The position numbers and the translations under genes were made by a program. Shown piece by piece: positions 62,125 through 64,000 of a stretch of 64,000 nt of DNA. The DNA lies in the NCBI RefSeq assembly GCF_028641065.1, contig NC_073398.1, positions 23,746,001 through 23,810,000 on the forward strand. The letters run 5' to 3'. The notes below the pieces were generated by a model that worked only from the letters and a program-made list of their open reading frames with translations, was not told the DNA's origin and did not search any database. Position 1 is the first letter of the stretch. Each line of letters begins with the position of its first letter. The DNA is from Leucoraja erinacea (lineage: Eukaryota).

Positions 62125-63003
62125 GCATTCCACAGGATGCCACCACACTACATATCTTCCTGACCCATCCTTTCTGCAGAGACCACTCTCTCCATAAAAT
62201 CCTGCAGATGTAACACGTCCACCCTTACATTCATGCAGGGGCCCTGTCAGCCCTTCCAGGTGAGGCAGAGGTTCACGAATACCTCTTCTAACCTGATCTA
62301 CTGCATTCAGTGTTCCTAATGTAGCCTCCATTACATCTGTGAGACCAAGTGTGGAGTAGGCGACAGATTCATCAATCACATGCACTCATTAATCAAGGCC
62401 TTCTAGATCTCCCGGTCGTTAACCCTCCCCCTCACATTCACATCTAAATCTTTCTGTCCTGAGCCACCTTCATTGCCAGTGTGAGCCCACATGCAAATGG
62501 AGGAATTGCACCTCATATTCCACTTGAATAACTTACAACCTAATGGCACGAACATTGAATTCTCCAGCTTTTGGTAATGCCCCACCCATTTGTTTGTCTC
62601 TCTTCTTCTCCCCTCCTCTCTTTCCTAAACCTGGTGCACTCCTATTCATCCACTATTCCTCCTCTCCCCACTCCTTTCTCCCTCCCTCAGGCTTCACATT
62701 TCACTCCTCCTCTTTCCTTATATACCACCCTTGTATCTCCTTTGGTCCCCTTTCATCTCATTTTCAAATCCAGCCTTTGTACATCGATCAATCAATCAAT
62801 CCCTGCCTCATCTGTATTCCGCTACCACTTGCCAGGCTTTGTCCTGCCTCCAACTCTTGTCCAAGTTTCTCTCCCCCACATCGATCAGACTGAATAAGGG
62901 TCCTGACCAGAAACATCACATCCATACTATGCCTGACCTGCAGAGGTACTCCAGCACTTTGTGTTCTACTTAAGATTCTAGCATCTGCAGTTCCCTGTGT
63001 CTA
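62125..63003 (+). mobile_element. Old Penelope-like fragment with pseudo-LTR
   Basis: FQVRQRFT.TSSNLIYCI remnant and GCACGAACATTGAATTCTCC end, homologous to 8690-9230. Confidence 0.75.
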
Positions 63004-63277
63004 ATGTCATAGGATTCTGTTCACTATTGCCCTCTGGATCAGTATGTCATTAATGAGCCGTCAACGTATCCTCAATAATGATTCATGAAACATATCAAAG
63101 ATTGTTCCTATTAAACATTTCCTTTTCTAATTTACATTATGGGTTTCGGTTTCAAACACACTGTTTACTCTCCTCCAGCCCTGCGTTGGCATTCACTCAA
63201 GCAGAGAGACAAAGCTTGCCCGTGTATAAGTTGATAGAGTCAAGGTCAGCAGCAGTCGTCAACTAGAACAGAGCGCG

Positions 63278-63298
63278 CACACACACACACACACACAC
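63278..63298. repeat. (CA)n microsatellite
   Basis: About ten CA units. Confidence 0.9.
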
Positions 63299-64000
63299 TG
63301 GCAGTTCAGAGATGATTCATCAACCTGCAACTCTATTCCTTACTGAAAGATGCTGCCATACCTACTGAGTAAATCTAGCAACTTTTGCTTTTATGGTGTA
63401 CAAAGCTCTTCATGTGGCTTTAGTCTAGTTGTTGACAAGGGACAAGAGGAGCAGAGAGACGGTGGAAGGGATGAGAAGCAGGGGGAAGAGTGAAAGTGAG
63501 GGGGAGAGGGAGGGTAGGGGAGGGGGGGGGTGGCGTTGAGAAGAGGGTGTTGGGGGTGGATGGCGCGGCGGGGATGGTGGTTAAGAGGAAGAGGATGAGT
63601 GAAGGAGAAAAGAAGGGAGAATGGAGGGGGGGGAGGAGGGGAGAGGAGGTAGGAAAGAATGAGGTGTGTCAGTGCGGAGAGAATATGAAAGCAAATGGAG
63701 GGATGGTAGAAAGTTGTTGCATCTCTGAGGTTTTTCCAGTCGTCAGCTCCAGTTTCTGAGATGGAGACAGAGAAAGGGTGAGGAATGGGAGCATGGTTAG
63801 GCAACCTGTTATTTCATCAGTTTATTTCCAATTCAATTTAATAGGAGATGGCAAATGTAGTATAACTAGATCTTGTCTGATGTCAACATTGGGCAGGGTT
63901 TATTTTCTCTATGCTGAGGAGCTTGGAAGTTTGGGTGTGGACCTCTAGGGAACAAATCAATGCAGCACACTCCTCACTGCAACAGCTCGGCTTACTCACT

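Noticed and set aside
63391-63804. Proline-rich 137-aa ORF
   Set aside because: Low-complexity purine-rich tract in a reelin intron, with no splice or homology support.

Overview
Vertebrate nuclear DNA, AT-rich and intron/TE-dominated. The repeat content (CR1-type LINEs, tRNA-head SINEs, Penelope, Rex1/Babar, L2, Tc1) suggests a cartilaginous fish, probably a skate or ray; this is inference. Three spliced genes can be read exon by exon. (1) The last 12 coding exons of reelin (RELN) lie on the minus strand at 61569->39224, with canonical GT-AG sites and one continuous frame. (2) The first coding exon of a prestin/SLC26A5-type gene lies on the minus strand at 3080->2941, below a CpG-island promoter near 7.1-7.7 kb, matching the mammalian RELN-SLC26A5 order. 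(3) Between them on the plus strand (16924-36387) is a complete, intact secreted-protein gene of at least 10 exons, with three tandem cystatin domains in kininogen-type exon organisation. It has degenerate QxVxG loops, no recognisable kinin and an acidic S/T/P-rich tail, and is the most interesting feature of the window. Also present: an orphan frameshifted TDP2-like first exon, two fold-back palindromes, many Penelope-associated minimal hammerhead-ribozyme motifs, a ~200-bp duplication with asymmetric CpG decay, no sign of the reelin 6-nt microexon, and a 436-N assembly gap. No database search was possible; homology calls come from manual translation and recalled sequences.
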